Shown here piece after piece: positions 35,136-44,500 of a stretch of DNA of 64,000 bases (positions within the stretch are counted from its first letter, which is position 1; every line of letters starts with the position of its first letter). The notes beneath the pieces were generated by a model, which was given only the letters and a program-made list of their open reading frames with translations, made no database searches and had not been told where the DNA came from. The DNA comes from Bacteroidota bacterium (lineage in GTDB: Bacteria; Bacteroidota; Bacteroidia; NS11-12g; UBA955), in NCBI GenBank assembly GCA_040386935.1, contig JAZKEQ010000001.1:62232-126231 (forward strand), given 5' to 3'. The position numbers were made by a program, and so were the translations under genes.

Positions 35136-36521
35136 ATGAACTCCCGCAGACAATTCATCAAGAATATCGCGCTTGCCCTTCCAGCCATCTCATTGGCGGA
35201 GTTCATGTTTACCTCCTGTAATCCTGTTGTAAATGCCCCTCACATTAAACGCGTTGGCATCATCGGTGCCGGTGTAGCCGGTCTGAATGCCGCATTATTG
35301 CTGAAACAAACCAAGAAATGCACCGTTGAAATTTTAGAAGCAAGCGACTGGGTAGGCGGTAGAATTTTATCATTGACCAATACCAATTTTTCATCCAATA
35401 ACAATATTGAATTAGGCGCTGATGTAGCCATTGGGTCCGATAACAATGCATGGTTAACCATCATTGAGCCATATCATCCACAAAGAGTTGAAACAGCTAC
35501 CTCTAAAGCCTATATCATTGATGAAAAAATAAAAAAAGAGGAAGAAATGATTCAGGATGCGGATTTCCGCAAAATGAACTCAGCTCTTAACTCTACTTAT
35601 GCTTATGCCAGCAGCGATGTATCGCTCGAGCAGTTCATGGAAAACAGCGATGTACCCGAAAGAGTTAAATCCATTTACCAATCCAATATTGAAACTTTCC
35701 TTGGTGGCAGCTTCGACAGAGTATCCATTTTAATGGCCAATGCCGAAGGTTTAAAATCAAACAAAAAAGATCAGTACCGCTTGCAGAACGACAACTTCTC
35801 TGATATACTGCACAATCACTATGCCCCTGTTCTTCCTTTGGTTCGCAACAATACACCTGTTACAGAAATCAACTATGCTCAGGATGTTATCCGCGTAAAA
35901 GATGGTAATGGTGTTATTCATGAATACGACAAACTGATTATTACTGTACCGCTTTCAATATTGAAAGACAATGATATTTCATTCACCCCTTCTCTCCCAG
36001 CTTCAAAAACAGATGCCATGGATATGCTGGGAATGGATGATGGTGTGAGAATTATTTTGAAAGTAAACAAAGCATTTTGGCCGGCTAATAGCAGTATGCT
36101 ATACAGCAATGGCGATGCCGGTGTTTTCACTATCTCACAAGATCAAGACAATCCTGATAATTATATTTTATCATCGCTTGTAAAAGGCAAGACTGCAGAA
36201 GAACTCAACAATAAAAGCGAAGCCAATATTGTTTCTGACATTCAAAAAGATTTCACAAAGGTCTTCGGCAAATCAGCCGGTGATGCCATCGTTGATTCAA
36301 AAATTATTTTCTGGTCGCAGTTGCCTTACATCAAAGGCACATACTCTTACCACAAAGTAAATGGCTCAATGAACAACAGAAAAACATTGGCCGCACCTAT
36401 CAACGATAAAATTTTCTTTGCAGGTGAAGCCACCAATTACAGCGGCAATAGCGGTTCAATTCACGGAGCCATTGAAACATCTGTAAGAGCAGCCAATGAA
36501 GTTATCAGCGCATTAGTATGA
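35136..36521 (+). CDS. Flavin-containing amine oxidase, Tat-signal-like N-terminus
   Basis: 461 aa. MNSRRQFIKNIALALPA, VGIIGAGVAGLNAA, FFAGEATN. Confidence 0.85.
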   Translation: MNSRRQFIKNIALALPAISLAEFMFTSCNPVVNAPHIKRVGIIGAGVAGLNAALLLKQTKKCTVEILEASDWVGGRILSLTNTNFSSNNNIELGADVAIGSDNNAWLTIIEPYHPQRVETATSKAYIIDEKIKKEEEMIQDADFRKMNSALNSTYAYASSDVSLEQFMENSDVPERVKSIYQSNIETFLGGSFDRVSILMANAEGLKSNKKDQYRLQNDNFSDILHNHYAPVLPLVRNNTPVTEINYAQDVIRVKDGNGVIHEYDKLIITVPLSILKDNDISFTPSLPASKTDAMDMLGMDDGVRIILKVNKAFWPANSSMLYSNGDAGVFTISQDQDNPDNYILSSLVKGKTAEELNNKSEANIVSDIQKDFTKVFGKSAGDAIVDSKIIFWSQLPYIKGTYSYHKVNGSMNNRKTLAAPINDKIFFAGEATNYSGNSGSIHGAIETSVRAANEVISALV

Positions 36522-36994
36522 GAATAGTTCAATTCATATTAGTCGTTATACTTTTTTCAAGTTGCCATTTAAATGTGAATTCTCCCCCTGAAACAGTAGC
36601 AACTCCGGCAGCTCCTGCACCAGTTGATTATAAAGAAATAGAAGCCATCATGACGGCTCAGACCGATGAGTGGAACAAAGGCAATGTCGATGGTTTTATG
36701 AAAGGCTATTGGAATTCACCTGAATTAAAATTCATTACAAAAAGAGGTGTTACCCTCAGTTACGATTCAATGGCCAATGGCTATAAACGCAACTATAACA
36801 CACCTGAAAAAATGGGTCAATTAACCTTTACCAATCTTGTTTATACGACCCTTGATGCTGATAATCAGATAGTCCATTGTTCAGGCAGATGGAATGTCAG
36901 TTCGCCTACCGAGAAACCACAATCAGGGGTCTTCTCATTGATTTTCAGAAAAATTGACAATCAATGGAAAATTATTATTGACCACACCTGGTAA
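36518..36994 (+). CDS. SnoaL/DUF4440-like (NTF2-fold) lipoprotein
   Basis: 158 aa with lipobox LFSSC. ATGA overlap with the upstream gene. ...SGVFSLIFRKIDNQWKIIIDHTW. Confidence 0.7.
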   Translation: MRIVQFILVVILFSSCHLNVNSPPETVATPAAPAPVDYKEIEAIMTAQTDEWNKGNVDGFMKGYWNSPELKFITKRGVTLSYDSMANGYKRNYNTPEKMGQLTFTNLVYTTLDADNQIVHCSGRWNVSSPTEKPQSGVFSLIFRKIDNQWKIIIDHTW

Positions 36995-37012
36995 ATGTTC
37001 TAATATTGAACG

Positions 37013-38431
37013 TTGAAAAATTTTTTAATTCTTCTTTTCATTAATCTCCTCTTGCATTTACCTTTCATGCATTTGCCGCCCTGTGGCACCCATGTTTGGC
37101 GACAGTGTAATACATTGGCCATGTCGCGCAATTTTGCTGAAGAGGACATGAATATTTTACATCCTCGCATCGACCGTAGAAATGAAACCAGTGGTATTAC
37201 CGGCTCACATTTTCCGCTATTTGAATGGTTGCTGGCTTTGGCATCAAAACCATTTGGCCATCATTTTCTTCTCAACCGACTGTTCAGTCTATTGGTTTCA
37301 ACAATGGCGCTGTTTGCCTTTTATCAGTTGTTAACACTATTTGCTTTTTCAAAGAAATGGGCCCTTGCAGGATCGCTCTTGCTATTATCAATTCCTGAAA
37401 TGTATTACCAAAGCATCAATGCATTGCCGGATATATTGGCCTTGGGTTGTGCCTTGTTCGGCATGGTCTATGGCATTCGCTTTTCTCGGGAAATCAGTAT
37501 GCGCAATTTTTTCTTGTTTTTTTTATTCAGCGTAATTGCCGGACTGGTTAAATTTCAATTTCTGATACTCCCCTTTTCGTGCATTGTATGCTTTGATTTA
37601 AAGAATAAAAAAACACTTTATTTTTTGAGTATTTGTACAGCATCACTCAGCATTGTGTTGGCATGGTACTACTATGCCCTTAAACTCACGCGACTCAACA
37701 ATCTCAGAGAATACGGCTTATGGATTAAACCAATCACTATTCAGGAAAAACTAATGACCCTGGGCGATAATCTGATCATGGACCTCCCTGAAATTTTAAT
37801 GGGTTGGCCTTTGTTTATTGCAGCATTATTTATTGCACTACCTCAAATCAGAAAAGTAAAACTGACACTTACCACCAAACAAATACTGATGGCACTGGCT
37901 GCCTTTATTGTGTTTTACATTGTGGCCATTGAGCGGATGAGACAGCACAGTTATTACTTTATGCCGCTGTTGCCATTACTCATTATCATTGCATTGTTAT
38001 TTGCAAAAAAGAAAAATATTGCGACTCCAATTGTTTACGGCCTGCTATTATTGAACATGACCTGGGCCATGGTGCGCATCATCCCTTCGCGCTGGGTAGA
38101 AGGCAAGTTGCAAATCCCCGTTGAATTCAGCTCACCTGAATTATACAGTCAATTTGCCAAACACTTACCGGCTAACAGCAAATGCGTTGTAGGGCCCGAC
38201 ATATCGGGTTGCATCTATTTTTACTTCACCCACTCCAAAGGCTATTCTTTTGAAAAGGCAGGAGAATTGCTAACCATCAAGGACAACAGAATCGATATTG
38301 ACAATATGCGCTATGCCGGCATTCAGTACCTGATTATCAGAAATGGAGAATTGCTGAAACCCATGGAATGGCAACTGCGTCTGCAGAAAAAAGTAGCGGT
38401 CATAGGAGAATTTGAAATCTGGAAATTATAA
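37013..38431 (+). CDS. ArnT/PMT-like (GT39/GT83-type) membrane glycosyltransferase
   Basis: 472 aa, polytopic. TTG start as given in the track, so the start is uncertain. Confidence 0.65.
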   Translation: MKNFLILLFINLLLHLPFMHLPPCGTHVWRQCNTLAMSRNFAEEDMNILHPRIDRRNETSGITGSHFPLFEWLLALASKPFGHHFLLNRLFSLLVSTMALFAFYQLLTLFAFSKKWALAGSLLLLSIPEMYYQSINALPDILALGCALFGMVYGIRFSREISMRNFFLFFLFSVIAGLVKFQFLILPFSCIVCFDLKNKKTLYFLSICTASLSIVLAWYYYALKLTRLNNLREYGLWIKPITIQEKLMTLGDNLIMDLPEILMGWPLFIAALFIALPQIRKVKLTLTTKQILMALAAFIVFYIVAIERMRQHSYYFMPLLPLLIIIALLFAKKKNIATPIVYGLLLLNMTWAMVRIIPSRWVEGKLQIPVEFSSPELYSQFAKHLPANSKCVVGPDISGCIYFYFTHSKGYSFEKAGELLTIKDNRIDIDNMRYAGIQYLIIRNGELLKPMEWQLRLQKKVAVIGEFEIWKL

Positions 38432-38528
38432 TTTTCTAGTCATATTGATTTCCGGTGTGAAATAAGAATTCTATTTCATCCGGGATTAAATATTAAATTC
38501 GCAGTTAATATTTTTAATATCCGCAATT

Positions 38529-39434
38529 GTGTCCATACGTGTAGAACATCTCATCAAGACTTACGGCAAGCAGAATGCAGTCAATGACATTTCGTTTGCC
38601 ATTGAAACAGGAGAAATAGTCGGTTTTCTAGGGCCTAACGGTGCCGGCAAAACCACTACCATGAAAATGCTGACCTGCTTTATTCCACCTTCTAGCGGCA
38701 AGGCTTTTATCAATGGTTTAGATGTTGAAGAAAAATCAATAGAAGTAAGACGACAGATTGGTTATTTACCCGAACACAATCCCCTGTACACCGATATGTA
38801 TGTAAAAGAATACCTTCATTTCATCGCTTCGGTTTACAAAATTGGCAATATCAGCAAACGCGTTCAGGAAATGATAGAGATGACCGGCTTACAGGTGGAA
38901 CAAAAGAAAAAAATAGGACAACTTTCAAAAGGCTATAGACAAAGGGTGGGACTGGCGCAAGCCATGATACACAATCCTTCGGTATTGATACTCGATGAAC
39001 CTACCAGTGGACTGGACCCCAATCAAATTGTTGAAATCCGCAATCTGATTACCACTATTGGCAAAGACAAGACCGTTATGCTCTCTACCCACATTATGCA
39101 GGAAGTAGAAGCGATGTGCAACAGAGTAATGATTGTTAACAGAGGTAATATTGTTGCCAACGGCAAACCTGCAGAGTTAAAACAACAATTCTCTTCAGAT
39201 ATTATCTTAACTGTTAAATTTAACACCCCTTTGAGTCAGCAACAAAGAAAATTACTTGAACAACAAATCAGCATTGTTGCACACGAAGGCAATAGCTATA
39301 CCCTGAAAGGGAAAGATGAGGAAGGCATGAAAGCCATCGCATTTAATTTTGCTGTCGCCAATCAACTCATGCTATCAGAAATGAAAGTGGCCGAAAACAG
39401 CCTTGAAGATATTTTTAAAAACGTTACCAGATAA
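38529..39434 (+). CDS. gldA: Gliding-motility ABC transporter ATP-binding protein
   Basis: 301 aa with a GTG start. GPNGAGKTT, LSKGYRQRVGLA, LILDEPTSGLD. Followed by gldF and gldG. Confidence 0.85.
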   Translation: MSIRVEHLIKTYGKQNAVNDISFAIETGEIVGFLGPNGAGKTTTMKMLTCFIPPSSGKAFINGLDVEEKSIEVRRQIGYLPEHNPLYTDMYVKEYLHFIASVYKIGNISKRVQEMIEMTGLQVEQKKKIGQLSKGYRQRVGLAQAMIHNPSVLILDEPTSGLDPNQIVEIRNLITTIGKDKTVMLSTHIMQEVEAMCNRVMIVNRGNIVANGKPAELKQQFSSDIILTVKFNTPLSQQQRKLLEQQISIVAHEGNSYTLKGKDEEGMKAIAFNFAVANQLMLSEMKVAENSLEDIFKNVTR

Positions 39435-39452
39435 TTTTTTACAAGAGACAAC

Positions 39453-40181
39453 ATGTTCAGCATATTCAAAAAAGAAATCAGGAGTTTTTTAAGTTCGCTC
39501 ATCGCCATCATCGTTATTGTTGTGTTTCTGATCGCCAACGGTTTGTTCCTTTGGGTGTTTCACGAAACCAATATACTCGACAGCGGTTATGCCAATATCG
39601 ACCCACTGTTTGAAATGGCTCCCCTTATTTTTATTTTCCTGATTTCGGCCATTACCATGCGCTCGTTCAGCGAAGAAAAAAAGGCAGGCACATTCGAGAT
39701 ACTTACCACAAAACCAATTACAGATACTTCTATCCTGTTGGGTAAATATTTTGCAGGGTTGGTAATTGTAATATTTTCCATACTTCCTACCCTCATTTAT
39801 TATTACACTGTTTCTGAACTTGCAGTACCCAAAGGAAACATTGACACAGGCGCATTATGGGGCAGCTATCTGGGCCTTGTGCTTTTAAGTGCTGGGTATA
39901 TCTCCATCGGACTGTTTTCGAGCGTTATAACCGACAATCAGATTGTTTCATTTATTGTCAGTATGTTTTTGTGTTTCTTCTTTTATTCCACTTTCGATTA
40001 TCTGGGATCTTTTTCGTTTTTCAAGAACACAGAATTTTTCATTGAATGGTTTGGTATCAGCTACCATTACCGCAATATCAGCAAAGGCGTTGTAGACTCG
40101 CGCGACATTGTGTATTTCCTGAGTCTCATTGTTTTATTTTTATGGTTAACAAAAATTATTTTTAGCAGCAGAAAATGGTAA
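39453..40181 (+). CDS. gldF: Gliding-motility ABC-2 permease
   Basis: 242 aa, 6 TM, in the gldA-F-G gene order. Confidence 0.8.
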   Translation: MFSIFKKEIRSFLSSLIAIIVIVVFLIANGLFLWVFHETNILDSGYANIDPLFEMAPLIFIFLISAITMRSFSEEKKAGTFEILTTKPITDTSILLGKYFAGLVIVIFSILPTLIYYYTVSELAVPKGNIDTGALWGSYLGLVLLSAGYISIGLFSSVITDNQIVSFIVSMFLCFFFYSTFDYLGSFSFFKNTEFFIEWFGISYHYRNISKGVVDSRDIVYFLSLIVLFLWLTKIIFSSRKW

Positions 40182-41995
40182 AAGTGAAGAAAAAAATGAA
40201 AAGGGCTTACCGCCAGCAGTCACTTATTGAATTGCTGTTGTTATTGCTTGTGATCGTTATTGCCAACGTTTTGGCAACTAAATATTACGGCAAACTCGAC
40301 TTAACGAGTGAAAAAAGATTCACCCTCTCCAACACTTCGAGAGAACTTGCTGAAAAAGTAACTGACCGCATGTACTTCAAAGTATATCTGGAAGGCGATA
40401 ATTTATCGACAAAGTTCAAACGCCTGCGTTCATCAACCCTTGATATGCTCAGAGAATTTAGAGACATGAGCAAGAATAAAATTGATTTTGAATTTGTTAA
40501 TCTTTTAAAAGATAAAACAGATAAGGAACGCAGTGAGATTATCAAACAACTGAATGAAAAAGGGCTCAATTATTACAATGATATTGAGATGGGTTCGGAT
40601 CAACAAAAACGCAATTTGATCTTGCCATGTGCTGAAGTGAGTTATGGAACAGGCAAAGAATTCAATCTTAACCTGCTGACCACTGAAATGGGGAAGGCAG
40701 AAGAAACAGCCATCAATCACTCCATTGAAAATTTGGAATACGAAATTGCCAATGCCATCAGAAAATGTTTACAGGATAAGCCGCAAAAAATTGCAGTGCT
40801 TTATGGCCATGGCGAACCTGATGTTGCAAACATGGATGACTTGCTTGGCACATTGAGCGATAACTTTTCAATCGACCGTTTTTTCTTTAATCTGAGAGAT
40901 GAAAATTACCTCAGACAATTTATGGGCGATATTGCAAAAAGCAATAATCCTGATACACTGAAATACATTATCCTGAGCAAGAGTCTGGCACTGATGAGAC
41001 AATACGATGGTATCGTTATCGTCAAACCAACTGAGCCATTAGACAAAGATGAAGCCTATGTCATCGACCAATACATTATGCATGGCGGTAAATCTATTTG
41101 GATGGTGGATCCGCTGATGGCAGAGCAGGACAGTTTAAGGACAGTACCAAAAGTAACTTTCCCGGATTACAACAACGAAAATCTGCGCACCCTTCTGTTC
41201 AATTATGGTGTGCGTTTAAATTCCAATTTATTGCTCGACCTGAATTGCAATGATATTGTATTGAGCGACCCTAATCGTCAAGGGCGCATGGTGCCTTTCC
41301 CTTGGGTGTATTATCCTGTCTTTTCATTTAAAGGCAATAATCACCCCATCGTTAAAAATTTGGAAGTGATATGGGGCAGATTTAGCGGCACGCTTAAACC
41401 CATTGCCCGAAAAAATCTGAACGTTACCAATTTGCTGCTGAGCAGTGATAAAACAAAACTACAAGAAGCTCCGGCTTATGTTGATTTAAGCATCGTTGCC
41501 AATAATTACGACAGAAACTATCTGGCTACTTTTAAACAAGGCACTCAGGTAGCAGGTGTATTACTCGAAGGTGATTTTAAATCCAACTTCAGACGCCCTG
41601 ATAAAATTTATGATGTACCTGTAAAAGAAAGCTGTACCAACTCAATGATTGTTATTGCTGATGGCGATATTGGATTGAATGCCGTTAAACGCAGTACAGG
41701 CGAAGTATATCCTTTGGGTTTCGACCGCGAAACAGGCAGACAGTTTGCCAATAAAAAATTCCTGCTCAACTGCTTCGACTATCTGTTTGACAAAAGCGGA
41801 TTAATAGATGTGCGTACCAAGGAAATCAACTTGAGATTACTTGACAGAGCCCGCATTAATACCCCTGCTGACGAGGGTGAATGGATGAAGGAAAAAACCA
41901 AATGGCAATTGCTGAATACAGTAGTACCGGTAGCGACTATCATCTTATTCGGCATTTTGAATGCCTGGTACAGAAGACGCAAGTATGCCAGATAA
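40175..41995 (+). CDS. gldG: Gliding-motility ABC transporter accessory protein
   Basis: 606 aa with N- and C-terminal TM anchors. GKLDLTSEKRFTLS is a GldG-type start. 7-nt overlap with gldF. Confidence 0.8.
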   Translation: MVKVKKKMKRAYRQQSLIELLLLLLVIVIANVLATKYYGKLDLTSEKRFTLSNTSRELAEKVTDRMYFKVYLEGDNLSTKFKRLRSSTLDMLREFRDMSKNKIDFEFVNLLKDKTDKERSEIIKQLNEKGLNYYNDIEMGSDQQKRNLILPCAEVSYGTGKEFNLNLLTTEMGKAEETAINHSIENLEYEIANAIRKCLQDKPQKIAVLYGHGEPDVANMDDLLGTLSDNFSIDRFFFNLRDENYLRQFMGDIAKSNNPDTLKYIILSKSLALMRQYDGIVIVKPTEPLDKDEAYVIDQYIMHGGKSIWMVDPLMAEQDSLRTVPKVTFPDYNNENLRTLLFNYGVRLNSNLLLDLNCNDIVLSDPNRQGRMVPFPWVYYPVFSFKGNNHPIVKNLEVIWGRFSGTLKPIARKNLNVTNLLLSSDKTKLQEAPAYVDLSIVANNYDRNYLATFKQGTQVAGVLLEGDFKSNFRRPDKIYDVPVKESCTNSMIVIADGDIGLNAVKRSTGEVYPLGFDRETGRQFANKKFLLNCFDYLFDKSGLIDVRTKEINLRLLDRARINTPADEGEWMKEKTKWQLLNTVVPVATIILFGILNAWYRRRKYAR

Positions 41996-42016
41996 TATTC
42001 ATCTAACTACCTAATA

Positions 42017-42032
42017 TTGACTGAATAGTCGG
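42017..42032. promoter_or_regulatory. TTGACTGAATAGTCGG motif copy 1 (candidate TetR operator)
   Basis: GACT-N4-AGTC inverted-repeat core. 18-nt identical to the copy at 46576-46593. Confidence 0.45.
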
Positions 42033-42118
42033 TATTTTCATTTATCTTCACTTTTCTGCCGTTCAACGAATAACAAGCAAATTCATCCCCAATAATTGGA
42101 TGTTTCAAAAATCTATTT

Positions 42119-42126
42119 TAGTTTTG
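42119..42126 (+). promoter_or_regulatory. -7 box TAGTTTTG of the MBL/TetR operon
   Basis: Directly abuts operator-like copy 2. Confidence 0.35.
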
Positions 42127-42142
42127 TTGACTGTTTAGTCAG
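42127..42142. promoter_or_regulatory. TTGACTGTTTAGTCAG motif copy 2 (candidate TetR operator)
   Basis: TGACT-N4-AGTCA palindrome, 26 nt upstream of the ATG at 42168. Confidence 0.5.
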
Positions 42143-42167
42143 TCTAGTTACCACTACAAGCAAAACA

Positions 42168-43301
42168 ATGATAAAAATCATCTTATTAATATTCAAAACA
42201 TCCATGCTTACCTTACTCATCCTATTGGTTGCACTCACCATTGCCACCATAGCATTTATGCAACAAGCCAAATTCGGTCAGGCCGCAAATGGTGAACGCC
42301 TTAAACGCCTGCAAGCTTCACCCAATTACAAAAACGGATCGTTTCAAAACATCAGTCATACCCCCGACCTTACCGAAGGTGTGAGCTACTATGCAGTCAT
42401 CAAAGATTTTTTATTTGGCGATTACAAACGCAAACAACCCACCGATAATATCCCTTCTGTTAAAACAGATTTACTATCCCTCAACCCTCAGGAAGATGTA
42501 TTGGTGTGGTTCGGACATTCTTCTTATTTCATTCAAACATCAGGCAAAACAATATTGGTAGATCCTGTGTTCAGCGGTGCGGCCTCCCCTCTTTCATTTA
42601 CAACAAAAGCCTTTAAAGGAACTGATGGTTATAAACCTGAAGATTTTCCTGAAATAGACTACCTCTTTATTTCGCACGACCACTGGGACCACCTGGATTA
42701 TGAAACCATTATAAAGTTGAAATCTAAAATCAAACATGTGTACTGCGGTTTGGGTACGGGTGCTCACTTCGTACGCTGGGGTTTTGATACTGCCAAAATT
42801 ACTGAAATGGACTGGAACGACAGCGTGAATTTGAACAATGGTTTTGCTATACATGCTGTTACTGCCCGTCACTTCTCAGGTCGCGGATTCATTCGCAACA
42901 GAGCCTTGTGGACCTCCTTTGTTTTACAGACGCCTACATTGCGTTTGTTCTTAGGTGGCGACAGCGGTTACGATAAACACTTTGCAGATATAGGCAATAC
43001 ATACGGCCCGTTCGATTTGGCCATACTCGAAAACGGACAATACGACAAATCCTGGAAATACATCCACATGCAACCTTCTGAAGTATTACAAGCTGCCATT
43101 GATTTAAAAGCCAAGCAATTATTCCCTGTGCATTCATCCAAATTCAATTTAGGTAACCACGCTTGGGACGATCCATTAAAAACAATTACCGAATTAAATA
43201 AATCTATACATTTGCCATTGTTAACACCCATCATTGGCGAACAGGTGAATCTGAAAGACAGTACCCGTGTATACAACGAATGGTGGACAGGATTAAACTG
43301 A
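42168..43301 (+). CDS. MBL-fold metallo-hydrolase with N-terminal TM anchor
   Basis: ISHDHWDHLD (HxHxDH motif). I start at ATG 42168 (MIKIILLIF...) rather than the track's TTG at 42096, which would bury the operator and -7 box. Confidence 0.85.
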   Translation: MIKIILLIFKTSMLTLLILLVALTIATIAFMQQAKFGQAANGERLKRLQASPNYKNGSFQNISHTPDLTEGVSYYAVIKDFLFGDYKRKQPTDNIPSVKTDLLSLNPQEDVLVWFGHSSYFIQTSGKTILVDPVFSGAASPLSFTTKAFKGTDGYKPEDFPEIDYLFISHDHWDHLDYETIIKLKSKIKHVYCGLGTGAHFVRWGFDTAKITEMDWNDSVNLNNGFAIHAVTARHFSGRGFIRNRALWTSFVLQTPTLRLFLGGDSGYDKHFADIGNTYGPFDLAILENGQYDKSWKYIHMQPSEVLQAAIDLKAKQLFPVHSSKFNLGNHAWDDPLKTITELNKSIHLPLLTPIIGEQVNLKDSTRVYNEWWTGLN

Positions 43302-43870
43302 TGACAACTATGGACAAGAAAAAAAAATTACTTGATGCTGCGTTGAAACTATTTGTAGAGTATGGTTTTCACGGCACGCCAACCGGCACTATTGCTAAGG
43401 CTGCAGGTGTGGCCAATGGCACGCTTTTTCACTACTACCCTACTAAAGACGAACTGGTATTAGCGCTTTACATTGATCTTAAAAAACGCCTGAACAATTA
43501 CATCACAGAAAACACATCAACAGAAACAACATTAAAAGCAGTTTTAAAAGGTCAATATCTGTCAACACTCTATTGGGCATTAGAGAATAAAAACGAGTTC
43601 AAATTTATGGAGCAATTCAGTGCTTCACCTTATCTGAAACTCATCGCTTCTGAAGCCATGGAGAAACACCTGAAACCACTGTTTGCACTCTTGAAACAAG
43701 GCGTTAAAGACGGTCATATCAAAGCCCTTCCCATTGATTTTATTTTCACCATGATTACCAGTCATACCTTTGGTGTGCATCAGTATTTGACTTCTACTAA
43801 AATGAGTAAGGCGAAGCAACATCAGTTGATCAGCGATACTTTTGAGTTGCTTTGGAAAATGATTTCTTGA
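43301..43870 (+). CDS. TetR/AcrR-family transcriptional regulator
   Basis: KKKLLDAALKLFVEYGFHGTPTGTIAKAAGVANGTLFHYYPTKDEL is a TetR HTH. ATG 43301 overlaps the MBL stop (TGATG). Confidence 0.9.
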   Translation: MTTMDKKKKLLDAALKLFVEYGFHGTPTGTIAKAAGVANGTLFHYYPTKDELVLALYIDLKKRLNNYITENTSTETTLKAVLKGQYLSTLYWALENKNEFKFMEQFSASPYLKLIASEAMEKHLKPLFALLKQGVKDGHIKALPIDFIFTMITSHTFGVHQYLTSTKMSKAKQHQLISDTFELLWKMIS

Positions 43871-43873
43871 TGA

Positions 43874-43889
43874 TTGACTGTTTAGTCGG
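43874..43889. promoter_or_regulatory. TTGACTGTTTAGTCGG motif copy 3
   Basis: Lies 4 nt after the TetR stop. 21 nt (attgactgtttagtcggtttt) are identical to the reverse complement of 54714-54734. Confidence 0.4.
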
Positions 43890-44287
43890 TTTTAAGAAGA
43901 ACTTTTTTTTGATTTTATTTTTTTTTTTTTTGATTTTAAGATAGTCGTTCTGACAGGATGTTTTTTTTAAATCGTAAAATTCTACAATTGCTAAAATTAA
44001 CCCAACCATTACAGAAGCACGGTCATTCTGACGAATGTCAGAATCTCGCAAAATTGAACGAAAGCGAAACTCTTCATTCATTTTATCGCACAGTAAATAT
44101 TTTTTCTCTTTCCTTTTTACATTGCGAAAAAGTAACAAAAACGATAGCCTCAGGGTACTTTTAGATGGTTTAACGGTATGGAATCCTAACAAAATGTTTT
44201 CATTAAAACGCTATTTCCATTTCAGCAAAAACTAGTCATTATCTTATAACAACAAATTTTAAATCATTTTGAAAAAATGTTGTTATG

Positions 44288-44476
44288 AAAACGAATCTGC
44301 GGGTTGAGTCCACGAAAGGTGTGAAATTTCTCTTGGCCGGCCCGAGTGGAGGTTGGCTGCGCGATAGGCCATTGAAATTTCTCTTTCGTGGTGGGCTTTT
44401 ACTCGCTGTACTCGTGAGAACGCCTACGGCTAAGTTTGCTCCACTTTTTGCCCAAACAAAAAGTGGAAAAAACAAA
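44288..44476 (+). repeat. About 185-nt repeat element, copy A
   Basis: Identical to the reverse complement of 55483-55670 except for one substitution (44305) and a 1-nt A-run indel. Internal features: CCACGAAAG/CTTTCGTGG stem, two GAAATTTCTCT boxes, and an 11-bp hairpin TCCACTTTTTG/CAAAAAGTGGA. Confidence 0.85.
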
Positions 44477-44500
44477 TAATACCTTTCGTAATAAATATGT

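Noticed and set aside
42096-42167. TTG-initiated 24-codon extension of the MBL-fold gene
   Set aside because: It would translate through the -7 box and the operator-like palindrome. The ATG at 42168 begins a normal TM anchor.
43830-44192. 120-aa minus-strand ORF
   Set aside because: It is a low-complexity K/F/L product of A/T homopolymer runs, it overlaps the TetR 3' end, and it has no start context.
44239-44479. ORFs of 64-81 aa drawn through the 185-nt repeat (also 55427..55672)
   Set aside because: Their near-identity is explained by the nucleotide repeat itself. The sequence is dominated by palindromes and direct boxes. ORFs are open on both strands, and the two copies' ORFs end differently just outside the repeat. 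I treat them as non-coding until shown otherwise.
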